NCBI GenBank assembly: GCA_038924245.1
Contig: JBCKVB010000002.1
Span: 531 to 64,530, forward strand
Reading direction: 5' to 3'
DNA length: 64,000 bases
From: Gammaproteobacteria bacterium
GTDB lineage: Bacteria > Pseudomonadota > Gammaproteobacteria > SURF-13
The notes under the pieces were generated by a model. The model did not search any database, was not told the origin of the DNA, and worked only from the letters and a program-made list of their open reading frames with translations. The translations under genes and the position numbers were made by a program. Within the stretch, counting starts at the first letter, position 1. Each line of letters starts with the position of its first letter. Positions 37,098-47,790 of the stretch are shown piece by piece.

Positions 37098-37454
37098 ATG
37101 GATATCATTTATTTACACAATGTACAAATCGAGACCGTGATCGGCATCTTCGCGTGGGAACGGCGCGTCAAACAGACCGTCAGCTTCGATCTGGACATGG
37201 CCACCGACGTGCGCAAGGCGGCGGCGAGCGACAGCATTCAGGATACGCTGGATTACAAGAAGGTGGCCAAACGCCTGATTGAGTTTGTAGGGCAGAGCGA
37301 GTTCCATCTGGTGGAGACCCTCGCGGAGCGCGTTGCGGAACTGGTGTTGAAGGAGTTCAGCGTGAGTTGGGTGCGCCTGCGTCTCAACAAGCAGGGCGCG
37401 ATACGCGGCGCGCGCGACGTGGGGGTGATTATCGAGCGCGGAAAAAAGATTTGA
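37098..37454 (+). CDS. folB: Dihydroneopterin aldolase
   Basis: 118 aa. MDIIYLHN....VIG...WER pattern; followed by folK. Confidence 0.88.
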   Translation: MDIIYLHNVQIETVIGIFAWERRVKQTVSFDLDMATDVRKAAASDSIQDTLDYKKVAKRLIEFVGQSEFHLVETLAERVAELVLKEFSVSWVRLRLNKQGAIRGARDVGVIIERGKKI

Positions 37455-37455
37455 T

Positions 37456-37971
37456 ATGGCGCGCGTCTACGTCGGCATCGGCAGTAATATCGAGCGCGAA
37501 AAATATATCCGTCTGGGCGTCGCCGCCCTGCGCGGGCTGTACGGCGCGCTGACTTTGTCCTCGGTGTACGAAAGCGCGGCGTTGGGGTTCGAGGGCGACG
37601 ATTTTTACAATCTGGTGGCCGGTTTCGATACACGGCATACGGTATACCGGGTGGCGGATGAGTTGCAGGAGATCGAGGCACGGCATGGATGCGCGCGCGG
37701 AGCGGAGCGTTTTTGCGCGCGCACCCTGGATATTGATTTGCTGCTGTATGATGATCTAGTGCTGCGCGAGCCGAGCCTCATCGTGCCGCGCGATGAGATT
37801 ACCGAGTACGCCTTTGTATTGGAGCCGCTGGCGGAGAGCGCGGGCGATGAGATGCATCCGCTGCTCGGAAAAAGCTACCGTGATCTTTGGGGCGGTTACG
37901 ACCGGCGCCGGCAGCCCTTGCGCAAAGTGGCGTTCTCCTTCGCCGCACAGCCTGATGAAATCAGGATTTAA
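37456..37971 (+). CDS. folK: 2-amino-4-hydroxy-6-hydroxymethyldihydropteridine diphosphokinase
   Basis: 171 aa. YVGIGSNI start and RTLDIDLLLY motif. Confidence 0.88.
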   Translation: MARVYVGIGSNIEREKYIRLGVAALRGLYGALTLSSVYESAALGFEGDDFYNLVAGFDTRHTVYRVADELQEIEARHGCARGAERFCARTLDIDLLLYDDLVLREPSLIVPRDEITEYAFVLEPLAESAGDEMHPLLGKSYRDLWGGYDRRRQPLRKVAFSFAAQPDEIRI

Positions 37972-38713
37972 CCGAGCGTCCGCCGTCCACGGTGATGGTT
38001 TGCCCGGTGACGTAGTCCGCGTCGCGGATCAGGTACAGAGCGGCACGCGCCACGTCCAGCGGATCGCCGGCGCGCTTTAACAGAGTGCGCGCAATAATTT
38101 TCTGGCGCGCAGCCTCGTCCATCTCCTCCGGCCACAGTATCGGCCCCGGCGCGATGGCGTTCACGCGCACGGCGGGCGCGAGTTCGCGCGCCAGGGCCTG
38201 GGTGAGCATGATGAGCCCGGCCTGCGCGGTGCTGTACACCGGATAGTTTTTGAGCGGATGCGCGCCGTGGATGTCGGCGATATTGATGATGCAGCCGCGC
38301 TGCGCGGCCAGCGCGCCGCTGGCCGCCTGAGAGAGAAAAAACGGCGCCTTGAGGTTGCTGCTCAGCAGGTCATCCCATTGCGCATCGGTAACGGCGCCGA
38401 ACGGCGTGGGGTAAAAACCGGAGGCGTTGTTGATGAGCGCGTCGAGCCTGTCCCAGCCGCCCAGCGCCTCCCCCACCAGGCGCGCGAGGCCCGCGCTGTA
38501 CAATAAATCGGCTTGCAGCAAAATAACGGAACGGGCGCGCACGCCGTTGAGTTTCGCGGCCAACGCCTCGGCTTCGGGTCTGGAATGACGGTAGTGCAGC
38601 GCGATGTTCATGCCGTGGCCGTGCAGAAACTCCGCCACCGCTGCCCCCACGCGCCGCGCCGCGCCGGTAATCAACACTACTTTGTCCGTCACGCCGGCTG
38701 TATTATCGTGCAT
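37961..38713 (-). CDS. Short-chain dehydrogenase/reductase, pteridine-reductase-like
   Basis: 250 aa. VVLITGAARRVG Rossmann motif and Y...Q/K SDR catalytic region. Neighbour of folBK. Confidence 0.7.
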   Translation of the reverse strand: MHDNTAGVTDKVVLITGAARRVGAAVAEFLHGHGMNIALHYRHSRPEAEALAAKLNGVRARSVILLQADLLYSAGLARLVGEALGGWDRLDALINNASGFYPTPFGAVTDAQWDDLLSSNLKAPFFLSQAASGALAAQRGCIINIADIHGAHPLKNYPVYSTAQAGLIMLTQALARELAPAVRVNAIAPGPILWPEEMDEAARQKIIARTLLKRAGDPLDVARAALYLIRDADYVTGQTITVDGGRSVKS

Positions 38714-38758
38714 GGCCTAAAGCCTAACCTAAATCACACATTACCGGAACCCCGTGCC

Positions 38759-39940
38759 ATGAATATCGCGCCCGTCGGCGGCTTGCCCGCGCCGGATGCT
38801 GAATCCCTGGAGGTCAGCCGCCGGCTGGGCGAGCTTGTCCGTGACGAAATTGAAGCCGGCGGCGGGCAAATCAGTTTTGCACGCTACATGGAACTCGCCC
38901 TGTACGCGCCGGGCCTGGGCTATTACAGCGCGGGCGCGCGCAAGTTCGGCGCACAAGGCGATTTTGTCACCGCGCCGGAGATTTCCCCGCTATTCGCGCG
39001 CTGCGTGGCGCGCCAGTGCGCGCAGGTTTTGCAGGCTTTAGGTGGCGGAGACATGCTGGAAGCGGGCGCGGGTTCCGGCGTGCTGGCCTGCGACGTGTTG
39101 CAGGAGCTGGAGCGGCAGGACTGCTTGCCGCGGCATTATCTTATTCTGGAATTAAGCGCGGAGCTGCGCGCGCGCCAGCAGGCGCTTATCCAGCAACGCA
39201 TCCCCCATCTCGCGCGGCGCGTTGTATGGCTGGATGCGTTTCCACCCGCGGGGTTTCGCGGCGTGATGTTCGCCAACGAGCTGCTCGACGCCATGCCGGT
39301 GCACCGTTTCCGTCTGGAAGAGAACGGTGCCTGTGAACTCCATGTGACGTGGCGGAATCCAGGCTTTACCTGGCGCGCCGGAGCGCTGAGCAGCGCGGAG
39401 CTGAACGAGCGCGTCGGGGCGTTACGCGCGGCGTGCGATCTCACCCTCGGCTTTATCTCGGAGATCAGCCTCAGTGTACCCGCCTGGATACACAGCGCCG
39501 CGGAATTACTGGAGGCGGGACTGATATTGCTGGTTGATTACGGTTTTCCGCGCCGCGAGTTGTACCACGCGCAGCGCTCCAGCGGTACGTTGCTATGTCA
39601 TTACCGCCATCGCGCGCACGCCGACCCGTTTTTATATCCCGGCTTGCAAGACATCACCAGCCACGTGGATTTCACCGCCATCGCCGAGGCCGCGCACGCC
39701 GTGGGTTTGACGGTTGCCGGTTACACCACGCAAGCGCATTTTCTCTTGTCCTGCGGACTGGCCGGGATGACGGCGGGGCTGGAGATGAATACGCGAGCGC
39801 AGGTGCAGTTCGCGCAACAGATCAAAAGGCTCACGCTGCCGGATGAGATGGGCGAGGTGTTCAAGGTCATCGCGCTCACGCGCGGCATGAATGCGCCGCT
39901 CCGCGGCTTCGCGCTCAAGGACGACCGCGCGCGGCTGTGA
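38759..39940 (+). CDS. Class I SAM-dependent methyltransferase (DUF185 / NDUFAF7-like)
   Basis: Begins MNIAPVGG... (ATG 38759). ISFARYMELALYAPGLGYY and GDFVTAPEIS motifs. The track ORF start at 38513 is antisense overlap. Confidence 0.75.
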   Translation: MNIAPVGGLPAPDAESLEVSRRLGELVRDEIEAGGGQISFARYMELALYAPGLGYYSAGARKFGAQGDFVTAPEISPLFARCVARQCAQVLQALGGGDMLEAGAGSGVLACDVLQELERQDCLPRHYLILELSAELRARQQALIQQRIPHLARRVVWLDAFPPAGFRGVMFANELLDAMPVHRFRLEENGACELHVTWRNPGFTWRAGALSSAELNERVGALRAACDLTLGFISEISLSVPAWIHSAAELLEAGLILLVDYGFPRRELYHAQRSSGTLLCHYRHRAHADPFLYPGLQDITSHVDFTAIAEAAHAVGLTVAGYTTQAHFLLSCGLAGMTAGLEMNTRAQVQFAQQIKRLTLPDEMGEVFKVIALTRGMNAPLRGFALKDDRARL

Positions 39941-39945
39941 CGCAA

Positions 39946-39982
39946 GTAGGGTGGGCAGACGATAACCCTGTCTGCCCACCCT
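39946..39982. repeat. REP hairpin (GTAGGGTGGGCAGAC family)
   Basis: GTAGGGTGGGCAGAC-GATAACCCT-GTCTGCCCACCCT with a 13-bp perfect stem. A related copy lies at 51512-51545. Confidence 0.8.
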
Positions 39983-39987
39983 TGACT

Positions 39988-41208
39988 TCAGGCCGGGCGA
40001 TGCAAGGCCTGTTGAACAGCCAGAACGCGCTGTTGGTGCAGTTTCCGCGCAATGTTTTCGCCGCTGAGGCCGGGGGTGATGAGGGACTGGATATCAACGG
40101 AAGCGCAGGCCTGGTGCGCCTTGCGGAATAACTCCGCCTGCGGATAGGGCTTGTCTTCGTAGCCGGTGCGGCCGCGCGCATCGGCTTCGCAGGCGAGCAG
40201 AAACTGCTCGAAGCGTTCCGGGCGGCGGAAGGCGTCCAGCGCCTCCAGCGTCTCCAGCAGGGTTCCTGGGCGGAGTTTATCGGCGCCGTGACAGAGGGCG
40301 TGATACTTCGCGGCGAGCACGGCAAGGTCGCGGTAATCATTCGGTATTCTAAAGCGCGCGCACAGCGCCTTGACCATCTCCGCGCTACGTTCTTCGTGCC
40401 CAATGTGACGCGGCCACTCTTCTTTGGGTGTTGTGCCTTTGCCCAAATCGTGCAGCAGGGCCGCGAAGCGCACGCGCGTATCGGGCGAGATACGGACGGC
40501 TTGATCGAGCACCATCATGGTGTGTACGCCGGTGTCTATTTCGGGGTGATGCTTTTCCGGTTGCGGTACGCCGTACAGGCGCTCCAGTTCGGGGAATAAT
40601 TTCTCCAGCGCGCCGCAGTCACGCAGCACCTCGAAAAAGCGCGTGGGCCTTTTTTCGCCCAGCGCGCGCTCCAGCTCCGCCCACACGCGTTCAGGTACCA
40701 GCGCATCCACTTCGCCGTTATTCGCCATGCGGCGCATCAGGGCGCTGGTCTCGTCGGCAACACGGAAATCCAGGAAACGCGCGGCGAAGCGGGCCACGCG
40801 CAAAATGCGCACCGGGTCTTCCGCGAAGGCGGGGGAGACGTGACGCAGTAGTTTATTTTTCAGGTCTTGCGCGCCGTGGAAGGGGTCTATGAGCGCGCCG
40901 TTTTCACCCAGGGCCATGGCGTTGACGGTGAGGTCACGCCGCTTTAAATCCTCCTCCAGGGTGACATCGGGCGCGGCATGCACGGTGAAGCCCTTGTAGC
41001 CGGGCGCGGTTTTGCGCTCGGTGCGCGCGAGGGCGTATTCCTCGCGGGTTTCGGGATGCAGGAATACCGGGAAATCCGCGCCCACCAGCTTGAAACCGCG
41101 CGCCTCCATATCCGCGGGCGTTGCGCCCACCACCACCCAGTCGCGGTCTTGTACCGGGAGTCCCAGGAGTTGATCGCGTACCGAACCGCCCACTTGATAG
41201 ATTTTCAT
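39988..41208 (-). CDS. cca: Multifunctional CCA-adding tRNA nucleotidyltransferase
   Basis: [19 protein letters not shown] start (ATG 41208) and a C-terminal HD domain (LLHDLGKG). Confidence 0.9.
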   Translation of the reverse strand: MKIYQVGGSVRDQLLGLPVQDRDWVVVGATPADMEARGFKLVGADFPVFLHPETREEYALARTERKTAPGYKGFTVHAAPDVTLEEDLKRRDLTVNAMALGENGALIDPFHGAQDLKNKLLRHVSPAFAEDPVRILRVARFAARFLDFRVADETSALMRRMANNGEVDALVPERVWAELERALGEKRPTRFFEVLRDCGALEKLFPELERLYGVPQPEKHHPEIDTGVHTMMVLDQAVRISPDTRVRFAALLHDLGKGTTPKEEWPRHIGHEERSAEMVKALCARFRIPNDYRDLAVLAAKYHALCHGADKLRPGTLLETLEALDAFRRPERFEQFLLACEADARGRTGYEDKPYPQAELFRKAHQACASVDIQSLITPGLSGENIARKLHQQRVLAVQQALHRPA

Positions 41209-42149
41209 GCGTGACGGCGGTAATCCGCGTAACGGCTCCTGGAGGTGTGGTGCGTGAGATAGCCGGGTACCACCGCTTCGAGCGGCGCCGGTTGTATGCC
41301 GAAGGGGAAACCGTCGCGGCACACGCTGTCAATTTGCAATGACCGGTAGTTGTCCCAGGAAAACGGTTTGCCGGGCAGATATTCGAAAATGCGCGCCTGC
41401 CAGCGCGACAGAAAATTACCGAGCCCGATCACGCGGCGCCTGACACCGATGACGCTCGCCGTGTATTCCACGAGCTGCTTCAGGGTATAGGGGTGCGGCC
41501 CGCACAGGTCGTAACGGCGTCCGAAGCTGTGGCGATCTTGCAGCGCATGGGCAAAGGCCCGCGCCACGTCATCCACGTATACCGGCGCGAAGCGCGCGTT
41601 GGGGCAGGCGAGCGGGAACAGCCAGGGCGTGACTTTTAACAGCTTTGCGAAGCGGTTGAAGAAGCTGTCTTTAGGGCCGAAGATGACCGAAGGGCGGAAG
41701 CTGGTGACATGGATGTTGCGCGTATTGTGCAGGAAGTCTTCCGCCTGTCCCTTGCTGCGCAGATAAAAGCTTAGGCCCTGGCACGCATCGGCGTTGAGCG
41801 CGCTCATGTGCAGCAGGCGCTTGATGTTTTGTTTATGGCAGGCGTCGGCGATTTTATGCGCCAACTCGACGTGCACGCGGTAGAAGCCGTGGCCGTTATG
41901 GCCCTTTTCATTGAGGATGCCGACCAGGTTGATGACCGCCTCGCAACCCGCGAAGTGTTGCGCCAGTATTTTAGGGTCATGGATGTCCGCCTCGATGAGA
42001 TCCAGGGAGGGCAACACCAGTAGATCACGATGCCGCTCACGGCGCCGCGTGAGCACGCGCACGCGGTAGCCGCGTTCGGCCAGGTGGTAGATGAGGTGGT
42101 GCCCGACAAAGCCCGTGCCCCCCAATATGCAAACGCCTTGCATGTTCAT
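41205..42149 (-). CDS. NAD(P)-binding epimerase/dehydratase family protein (complex I NDUFA9-like)
   Basis: 314 aa. ILGGTGFVG Rossmann N-terminus. Confidence 0.75.
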   Translation of the reverse strand: MNMQGVCILGGTGFVGHHLIYHLAERGYRVRVLTRRRERHRDLLVLPSLDLIEADIHDPKILAQHFAGCEAVINLVGILNEKGHNGHGFYRVHVELAHKIADACHKQNIKRLLHMSALNADACQGLSFYLRSKGQAEDFLHNTRNIHVTSFRPSVIFGPKDSFFNRFAKLLKVTPWLFPLACPNARFAPVYVDDVARAFAHALQDRHSFGRRYDLCGPHPYTLKQLVEYTASVIGVRRRVIGLGNFLSRWQARIFEYLPGKPFSWDNYRSLQIDSVCRDGFPFGIQPAPLEAVVPGYLTHHTSRSRYADYRRHA

Positions 42150-44209
42150 TATGGTTGAGGCGTCACGTCCGGCATACGCACACGTAAAGGCACTATCTCC
42201 CGCCCCATGCGGCTGCTGAAGATAGTGGTGTAGGCCATCACCTGCTGCACATAATTGCGTGTTTCAGTAAAGGGTATATTCTCCACCCAGATGTCGGAGG
42301 GCAGGTCTTGCTCTTCCGGACGCCACTGCCGGGCGCGTTGCGGCCCGGCGTTATAGGATGCCGTGGCGAGCGCCTGATGTTGTTCATTTTTGTCCAGCAC
42401 GTGGCGTAGATAGGCGGCGCCGAATTCGATATTTTTATCCACGTCGAATAACTCCTTCACGTGCCTGATCGGGTCGCCCAGCAGACGTGCAACGGCTTTT
42501 CCAGTGGCGGGCATGAGCTGCATCAAGCCGATCGCACCCGCGCTCGAGCGTGCATCGCTCACGAATGCGCTCTCCTGGCGTATCACGCCATACACCCAGG
42601 CCGGGTCGAGATCCTGTTGTTGTGCATTGGCCAGCACTTGTTCGCGGTACAGCAGGGGAAAGCGCAACTCAAGATCGTCCGTCACCTTGGCCTTGATCAG
42701 CGTGAGGATGGCGCGATCATGCCAGCCCCAGCGCGCGGCGAGCGACGCGGCCATGTGCAAGTGGCGTTGGTCCAGGGTGCGCGGCAAGTGATCCCACTCG
42801 CGCCGTGCTTCGCTTATCAGGCCAAGCTGATAAAGCTCATAGGCTTGCGCCACGCCCAAATACCGGCTCAACACCGCCAATTCTTCTTCGCTCGCCGCCA
42901 CGGATGAGTGGTTCATCTGATACGGCTGATTAAGCCGGTCGGCGGCGAGAAAACCGTAATAGCTGCGCTCGCGCGCGAGCTCCGAAAAAATCCGCTCAGC
43001 CTTGGATAGTCGCTCATGGCGTCCTGCCTCCCGCGACACTGGCACGTCCCTGTGCGGCGCAGGATGAGCCTGTGCGGAGGAGGGCTTGCTCTGGACGGGG
43101 GCGGTTTGCGCCAGCGCGCGCGCCTTCCAGTAGCGCCACGAGGGTTTATCACGCAGGGCCGCCGGCATGTCCGCAATGGCGCTCAGTACCGCGGGCCAGT
43201 CTTGTTGCAGCAACGCCGCGCGTACGCGCCATTCATGCGCGTTGTCGTCCAGCACCGTGCCGGGTACGGCGGCGAACAAGGTTGCCGCGAGAGGATCATG
43301 CTGCATGGCGGCGGCGAGCGCGATGTCGCGTTCGGTTTCGCCTGTCTCCTGCGCGCTGAAGGCGTAGCGGGGCTTGATGCTCCACCACTTATTATGAGCG
43401 AGACCGGCGTTGCCGCGCGCCATGCGTTTGATCGCGTAGCGCAGGATTTCACGCGCGCGCTGATGATCTTTTTTAAAGTCGGGATGATCGAGCAATGCGG
43501 CGGGGTCTTTATATGAACGCCGCCAGTGCTCCGCCCATTTACGATCCGCCGCGCCGAGGTCTTTGGAAAAATGCGCGGCCAAGCCCGGCTCGCGGTTGTC
43601 CATGGCGAGCCGGACACGCTGCCAGATCATGTCATTGGTCAGGCCGCCTTGAGCGCGCCAGCTTTTAAACACCGCGTCGCATTCCGCCGGTTGCGAGCGC
43701 CCCACCAGCCACAGTGTCTTGGCTTCATCGAGCCAGTCGGCGGCGGATGTTTGCCCGATCCCGGTTGCGAGACGCGCGCGTAACTGCAAACAATGCAGCG
43801 CCACGCCCTGCATGCCTGGATAGGGCTGGTAAACGCGCAGGAAATCTCCCCAGCGTTTCTGTTGCGCGAGATGCGTCAGCCAGGCGGCGCGCAAGCGGTT
43901 GCTCACCGAGGACTGGACGTAATCCTGAATAAATTGCTCTATTTCCCGTTCCGGCGTCTCGGCGAGATGATCCCTGATCTCGTCATAGCGCAGATAGCTT
44001 TGCAGCGGGTAACCTTCCAGGCGATTGAGCAGGCGCTGAAAAGTTTTTTGGTCGTCCACCTGGTATGCCTTGCGTGCGGCGAGAAAGTCATCGCGCTGCC
44101 GCTCGGTTTTCGCCTGTTTGCCCGGGTCGTCGGCTGGCGCGGTGGAGGGAAACAGCAGGGTGAGGGCGCCCAGCAGGACTCCCGCCAGACAGTGGTGCAT
44201 CCATTTCAT
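42149..44209 (-). CDS. slt: Soluble lytic murein transglycosylase (Slt70-like), carrying an element insertion
   Basis: 686 aa. Signal peptide, superhelical repeats, and a C-terminal SLT domain (VIRQESAF...GLMQL...YNAG). Insert APHRDVPVSREAGRHERL lies in the repeat region. Confidence 0.88.
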   Translation of the reverse strand: MKWMHHCLAGVLLGALTLLFPSTAPADDPGKQAKTERQRDDFLAARKAYQVDDQKTFQRLLNRLEGYPLQSYLRYDEIRDHLAETPEREIEQFIQDYVQSSVSNRLRAAWLTHLAQQKRWGDFLRVYQPYPGMQGVALHCLQLRARLATGIGQTSAADWLDEAKTLWLVGRSQPAECDAVFKSWRAQGGLTNDMIWQRVRLAMDNREPGLAAHFSKDLGAADRKWAEHWRRSYKDPAALLDHPDFKKDHQRAREILRYAIKRMARGNAGLAHNKWWSIKPRYAFSAQETGETERDIALAAAMQHDPLAATLFAAVPGTVLDDNAHEWRVRAALLQQDWPAVLSAIADMPAALRDKPSWRYWKARALAQTAPVQSKPSSAQAHPAPHRDVPVSREAGRHERLSKAERIFSELARERSYYGFLAADRLNQPYQMNHSSVAASEEELAVLSRYLGVAQAYELYQLGLISEARREWDHLPRTLDQRHLHMAASLAARWGWHDRAILTLIKAKVTDDLELRFPLLYREQVLANAQQQDLDPAWVYGVIRQESAFVSDARSSAGAIGLMQLMPATGKAVARLLGDPIRHVKELFDVDKNIEFGAAYLRHVLDKNEQHQALATASYNAGPQRARQWRPEEQDLPSDIWVENIPFTETRNYVQQVMAYTTIFSSRMGREIVPLRVRMPDVTPQP
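43008..43060 (+). repeat. Intragenic palindromic element E5 (subfamily II variant) inside slt
   Basis: AGTCGCTCATGGCGTCCTGCCTCCCGCGACACTGGCACGTCCCTGTGCGGCGC. It has CTGG instead of CTAG. Confidence 0.85.
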
Positions 44210-44312
44210 GGCGCTATACTAAACCTTCTCTCGTCCCAGGGGAATCCAATTCCGGTCTGGACGGTGGATTCCAGGACGAATATCCAGGCAAGATTGAAAA
44301 GGGGTTATCACC

Positions 44313-45104
44313 ATGGACAGTTTCCTGCTCTACCCGATGGCCGGGGCCTTGGTGGGCGTCATCGCCGGCCTGTTCGGCGTGGGCGGCGGCCTGGTCATCG
44401 TGCCGCTGCTGGTGTTCATTTTTCACGGCCAAGGCATGGCGCCCGCGCTCATGATGCATCTGGCCATCGGCACCTCGCTCGCCACCATCATGGTGACCTC
44501 GCTCTCCTCGGTGCGCGCGCATCACCGTCACGGCGCGGTGCTATGGCCCGTGTTCCGGCGGCTTGCGCCCGGCATCGTCGCGGGCACGCTGCTCGGCGCC
44601 TATATCGTGGATCAGTTGCCGAACACCACGCTGCGTATCATCTTCAGCGTGTTTGCGCTGCTGGTCGCCGCGCAGATGGGCTTCGGCGTCAAGGCCGCGC
44701 CGCATCGGCGGCTGCCGGGTTGGGCGGGCATGAGCATCGCCGGAGCCGTCATCGGCAAGGTTTCCGCCATCATCGGCATCGGCGGCGGCACGCTCACCGT
44801 GCCGTTTCTGGCGTGGTGCAACGTGGGCATGCGCCAGGCGGTGGCCACCTCCGCCGCCTGCGGTCTGCCGATAGCGGTGGCCGGCACCATAGGGTTTGTC
44901 ATCGCAGGATGGAACGCGGCGCCGCTTCCCGCCTGGAGCACGGGCTACATCTATTGGCCCGCCTTCGCGGGTATCGCCGCGGCGAGCGTGGTGTTTGCGC
45001 CGCTCGGCGCCAAGCTCGCGCATACCTTGCCCGCCGAAAAATTGAAAAGATATTTCGCGCTGCTTCTCGCTTTTCTGGGGGTAGGCATGTTGCTTATGGG
45101 ATAA
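44313..45104 (+). CDS. Sulfite exporter TauE/SafE family membrane protein
   Basis: 263 aa. GxxxG-rich TM repeats (GLFGVGGG ... IGIGGG). Confidence 0.85.
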   Translation: MDSFLLYPMAGALVGVIAGLFGVGGGLVIVPLLVFIFHGQGMAPALMMHLAIGTSLATIMVTSLSSVRAHHRHGAVLWPVFRRLAPGIVAGTLLGAYIVDQLPNTTLRIIFSVFALLVAAQMGFGVKAAPHRRLPGWAGMSIAGAVIGKVSAIIGIGGGTLTVPFLAWCNVGMRQAVATSAACGLPIAVAGTIGFVIAGWNAAPLPAWSTGYIYWPAFAGIAAASVVFAPLGAKLAHTLPAEKLKRYFALLLAFLGVGMLLMG

Positions 45105-45123
45105 TTATAAAAGAATCAGTATT

Positions 45124-45184
45124 GTAGCGTGCGTCATGCGCACGAGTTTGACGGAGGATATCTCAATCGTGCGCACAGCGCACC
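45124..45184. repeat. REP pair (GTAGCGTGCG family)
   Basis: GTAGCGTGCGTCATGCGCACG ... CGTGCGCACAGCGCACC. Confidence 0.7.
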
Positions 45185-45201
45185 AGACTGGAGCGAAAAC
45201 C

Positions 45202-45320
45202 GTGAGCGAATTCATCCTTATCAGCGGTAACAAGAATTATTCCTCTTGGTCGCTGCGGCCTTGGCTGGCGCTCAGGCGGGCGGGTATACCGTTCAAGGAA
45301 ATCCAATTGTCGTTTGGCGC
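45202..45320 (+). pseudogene. Glutathione S-transferase (YfcF-like), N-terminal fragment only
   Basis: GTG-SEFILISGNKNYSSWSLRPWLALRRAGIPFKEIQLSF matches the GST N-terminal domain start. Similarity is lost after about 40 codons and the next gene begins about 100 nt later. Confidence 0.55.
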
Positions 45321-45392
45321 CGGTATTGAAAGATGGCGGACATGGATGGCATGGGGCGGTTGGTGCTGGCCGTGTCCGCGCGGGCCTGATGC

Positions 45393-46748
45393 GTGCGCCG
45401 TAGCCGCCACCGCACGCGACCTGGTCACGAGATCGTGAGCCACTCTCCGCCGGCCGGCGACGCACCGGCCTCGCGGCGCGAGATTTTTGCCTGGGCGATG
45501 TTCGACTTCGCGAACTCCGGTTACACCACCGTGGTGCTGACCGCGATCTACAACGCCTATTTCGTCGGAGTTATCGCCCGCGCCAGCGATGCCGACAACG
45601 GCACGGCTACGCTGCTCTGGACGCTGGCCATGGGCATCGCCAATTTTTTCGTGCTGGCGAGCGCGCCGGTGATCGGCGCCATCGCCGATCACCGCGCGTG
45701 GAAGAAACATTTTCTGCTCATGACCACCATCGGTTGCGTCGTCTTCACCGGGCTGCTGGGCTTGGCCGGTCCCGGCGACATCGGTCTCGCCATGCTGCTG
45801 GTGATACTCGCGAGCTTCATGTTCGCGAGCGGCGAGAATCTCATCGCCGCCTTTCTGCCCGAGATCGCGCGCCAGGATGACATGGGACGCATATCGGGCT
45901 ACGGCTGGACGCTGGGCTACATCGGCGGGCTGCTGGTGCTCGGGTTGTGTTTGGGCTACATCGCCTGGGCGGAAACGCAAGGTCAGGGCGCCGCCCAGTA
46001 TGTGCCGGTAACGCTCTGGATCACCGCCGGGGCTTTTGCGCTGACGGCTCTGCCGACATTTCTCTGGCTGCGCGAGCGCGCCGCGCCGGCGCCGCTTCCG
46101 CCGGGAGAGGGATATGTCGCCGCGGGTCTTTTGCGTGTGCGCCGCACGCTCTCCGAGGCGCGCCGCTTCCGTGACCTGTTCCGTTTCCTGGGGGCGTTCG
46201 CCATTTATTCCTGCGGCATCAATACGGTGGTGGTGCTCGCGGCGGTGTACGCGCAGCAGGTGATGGGTTTCGACACGCAGGAGACCATCCTGCTCATCAT
46301 GGTGGTGAACGTGACCGCGGCCGCCGGCGCGTTTCTGTTCGGTCAGTTCCAGGACCGCCTCGGCTCGGTGCGCACGCTCGCGCTCACGCTGCTGTTGTGG
46401 ATCGCCGCGCTCGTGCTCGCCTACGCGACCGAGAGCCGCGCGAGCTTCTGGCTGGTGGCGAACCTCGTGGGGCTGGCGCTCGGTTCGAGCCAGTCGGCCG
46501 GCCGCGCGCTCGTGGGCCAGTTCTCGCCACCGGAGCGCGCCGCCGAGTTTTTCGGCCTCTGGGGACTGGCCGGCAAGCTCGCGGGCATCATTGGCCCGGT
46601 CAGCTACGGCGTGATCGCCTGGCTGTCGCGCGGTGATCATCGCCTGGCGCTGCTGTCAACCACGATATTTTTTATTGCCGGCCTCGCGCTGCTGCTGACC
46701 GTCAACGAGGGCCGCGGGCGCGCCGCGGCCCGGTCGTCCGGTGCGTGA
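45393..46748 (+). CDS. MFS transporter (UMF1 / Atg22-like family)
   Basis: EIFAWAMFDFANSGYTTVV motif and about 12 TM segments. The start is uncertain (ATG 45393 or GTG about 45436). Confidence 0.8.
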   Translation: MRRSRHRTRPGHEIVSHSPPAGDAPASRREIFAWAMFDFANSGYTTVVLTAIYNAYFVGVIARASDADNGTATLLWTLAMGIANFFVLASAPVIGAIADHRAWKKHFLLMTTIGCVVFTGLLGLAGPGDIGLAMLLVILASFMFASGENLIAAFLPEIARQDDMGRISGYGWTLGYIGGLLVLGLCLGYIAWAETQGQGAAQYVPVTLWITAGAFALTALPTFLWLRERAAPAPLPPGEGYVAAGLLRVRRTLSEARRFRDLFRFLGAFAIYSCGINTVVVLAAVYAQQVMGFDTQETILLIMVVNVTAAAGAFLFGQFQDRLGSVRTLALTLLLWIAALVLAYATESRASFWLVANLVGLALGSSQSAGRALVGQFSPPERAAEFFGLWGLAGKLAGIIGPVSYGVIAWLSRGDHRLALLSTTIFFIAGLALLLTVNEGRGRAAARSSGA

Positions 46749-46817
46749 ACGCATGCTTGCCGCCCCGGCCCTGCTTGACGTTCTGGCCGCCGGATTCGCG
46801 GCGGCGAATACCGGGGC

Positions 46818-47746
46818 TCAGCCGGTTGCGCGTCCCGCCGCCTGCAGATCGGCGTGATAGGAGGAGCGCACCATCGGGCCGCTGGCTACGTTGCTGAAGC
46901 CCATGTGCTTGCCGAGTTCGGCCAGACGGTCGAGTTCATCCGGGGTGACGAGGCGCGCCACCGGCAGATGATGGCGACTCGGTTGCAGGTATTGACCGAG
47001 GGTGAGCATGTCCACGTCATGGGCGCGCAAATCGCGCATGACCTGTTCAATTTCGCTGATTTCTTCGCCCAGACCCAGCATCAGCCCGGACTTGGTGGGG
47101 AGGCGGGATGCAGCGCCTTGAAGCGCTTAAGCAGCGTGAGCGAATACTGGTAATCGGCGCCGGGGCGCGCCTGCTTGTATAAGCGCGGCACGGTTTCGAG
47201 GTTATAGTTGAACACATCGGGCGGCGCCTGGGTGACGATAGCGAGCGCAACGTCCATGCGGCCGCGGAAGTCCGGTGTGAGGATTTCTATTTTTGTGCGC
47301 GGCGAGTGACGGCGCACGGCCTGAATGCAACTCACAAAATGCTGCGCGCCGCCGTCGCGTAAATCGTCACGGTCCACCGAGGTGATGACTACATACTTAA
47401 GCCCCATCTCCTTGATGACGCGCGCCAGGTTTTCCGGCTCATTGATATCGAGCGGGTTGGGCTTGCCGTGCGCCACGTCACAGAACGGGCAGCGCCGCGT
47501 GCAGATCGCGCCCATGATCATGAAGGTGGCCGTGCCGCGGCCGAAGCACTCGCCGAGGTTGGGGCAGGAGGCCTCTTCGCACACGGTGTGTAGATGGTGT
47601 TCACGTAATACGCCCTTGAGGCGCGCCACCTCCGGGCTTGCCGTGGACTTGGCACATATCCAGGCGGGTTTGCGCACAAGTGTCGTGCTCGGGACAATCT
47701 TGATGGGGATGCGCGCGACTTTGGCAGCACCCCTCAGGTGATTCAA
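46818..47746 (-). pseudogene. lipA: Lipoyl synthase, interrupted by a 1-nt deletion frameshift (or sequencing error)
   Basis: The N-part (47081..47746) has [13 protein letters not shown] and CTRRCPFC and ends ...[13 protein letters not shown]. The C-part (46818..47081) reads MLGLGEE...[11 protein letters not shown]...RSSYHAD. The other frame reads [13 protein letters not shown] across about 47095-47105. Confidence 0.88.
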
Positions 47747-47790
47747 ATTTTATTTTTCCGTGGGTTCCATGAAAAGTTATGCGCCTCGAT

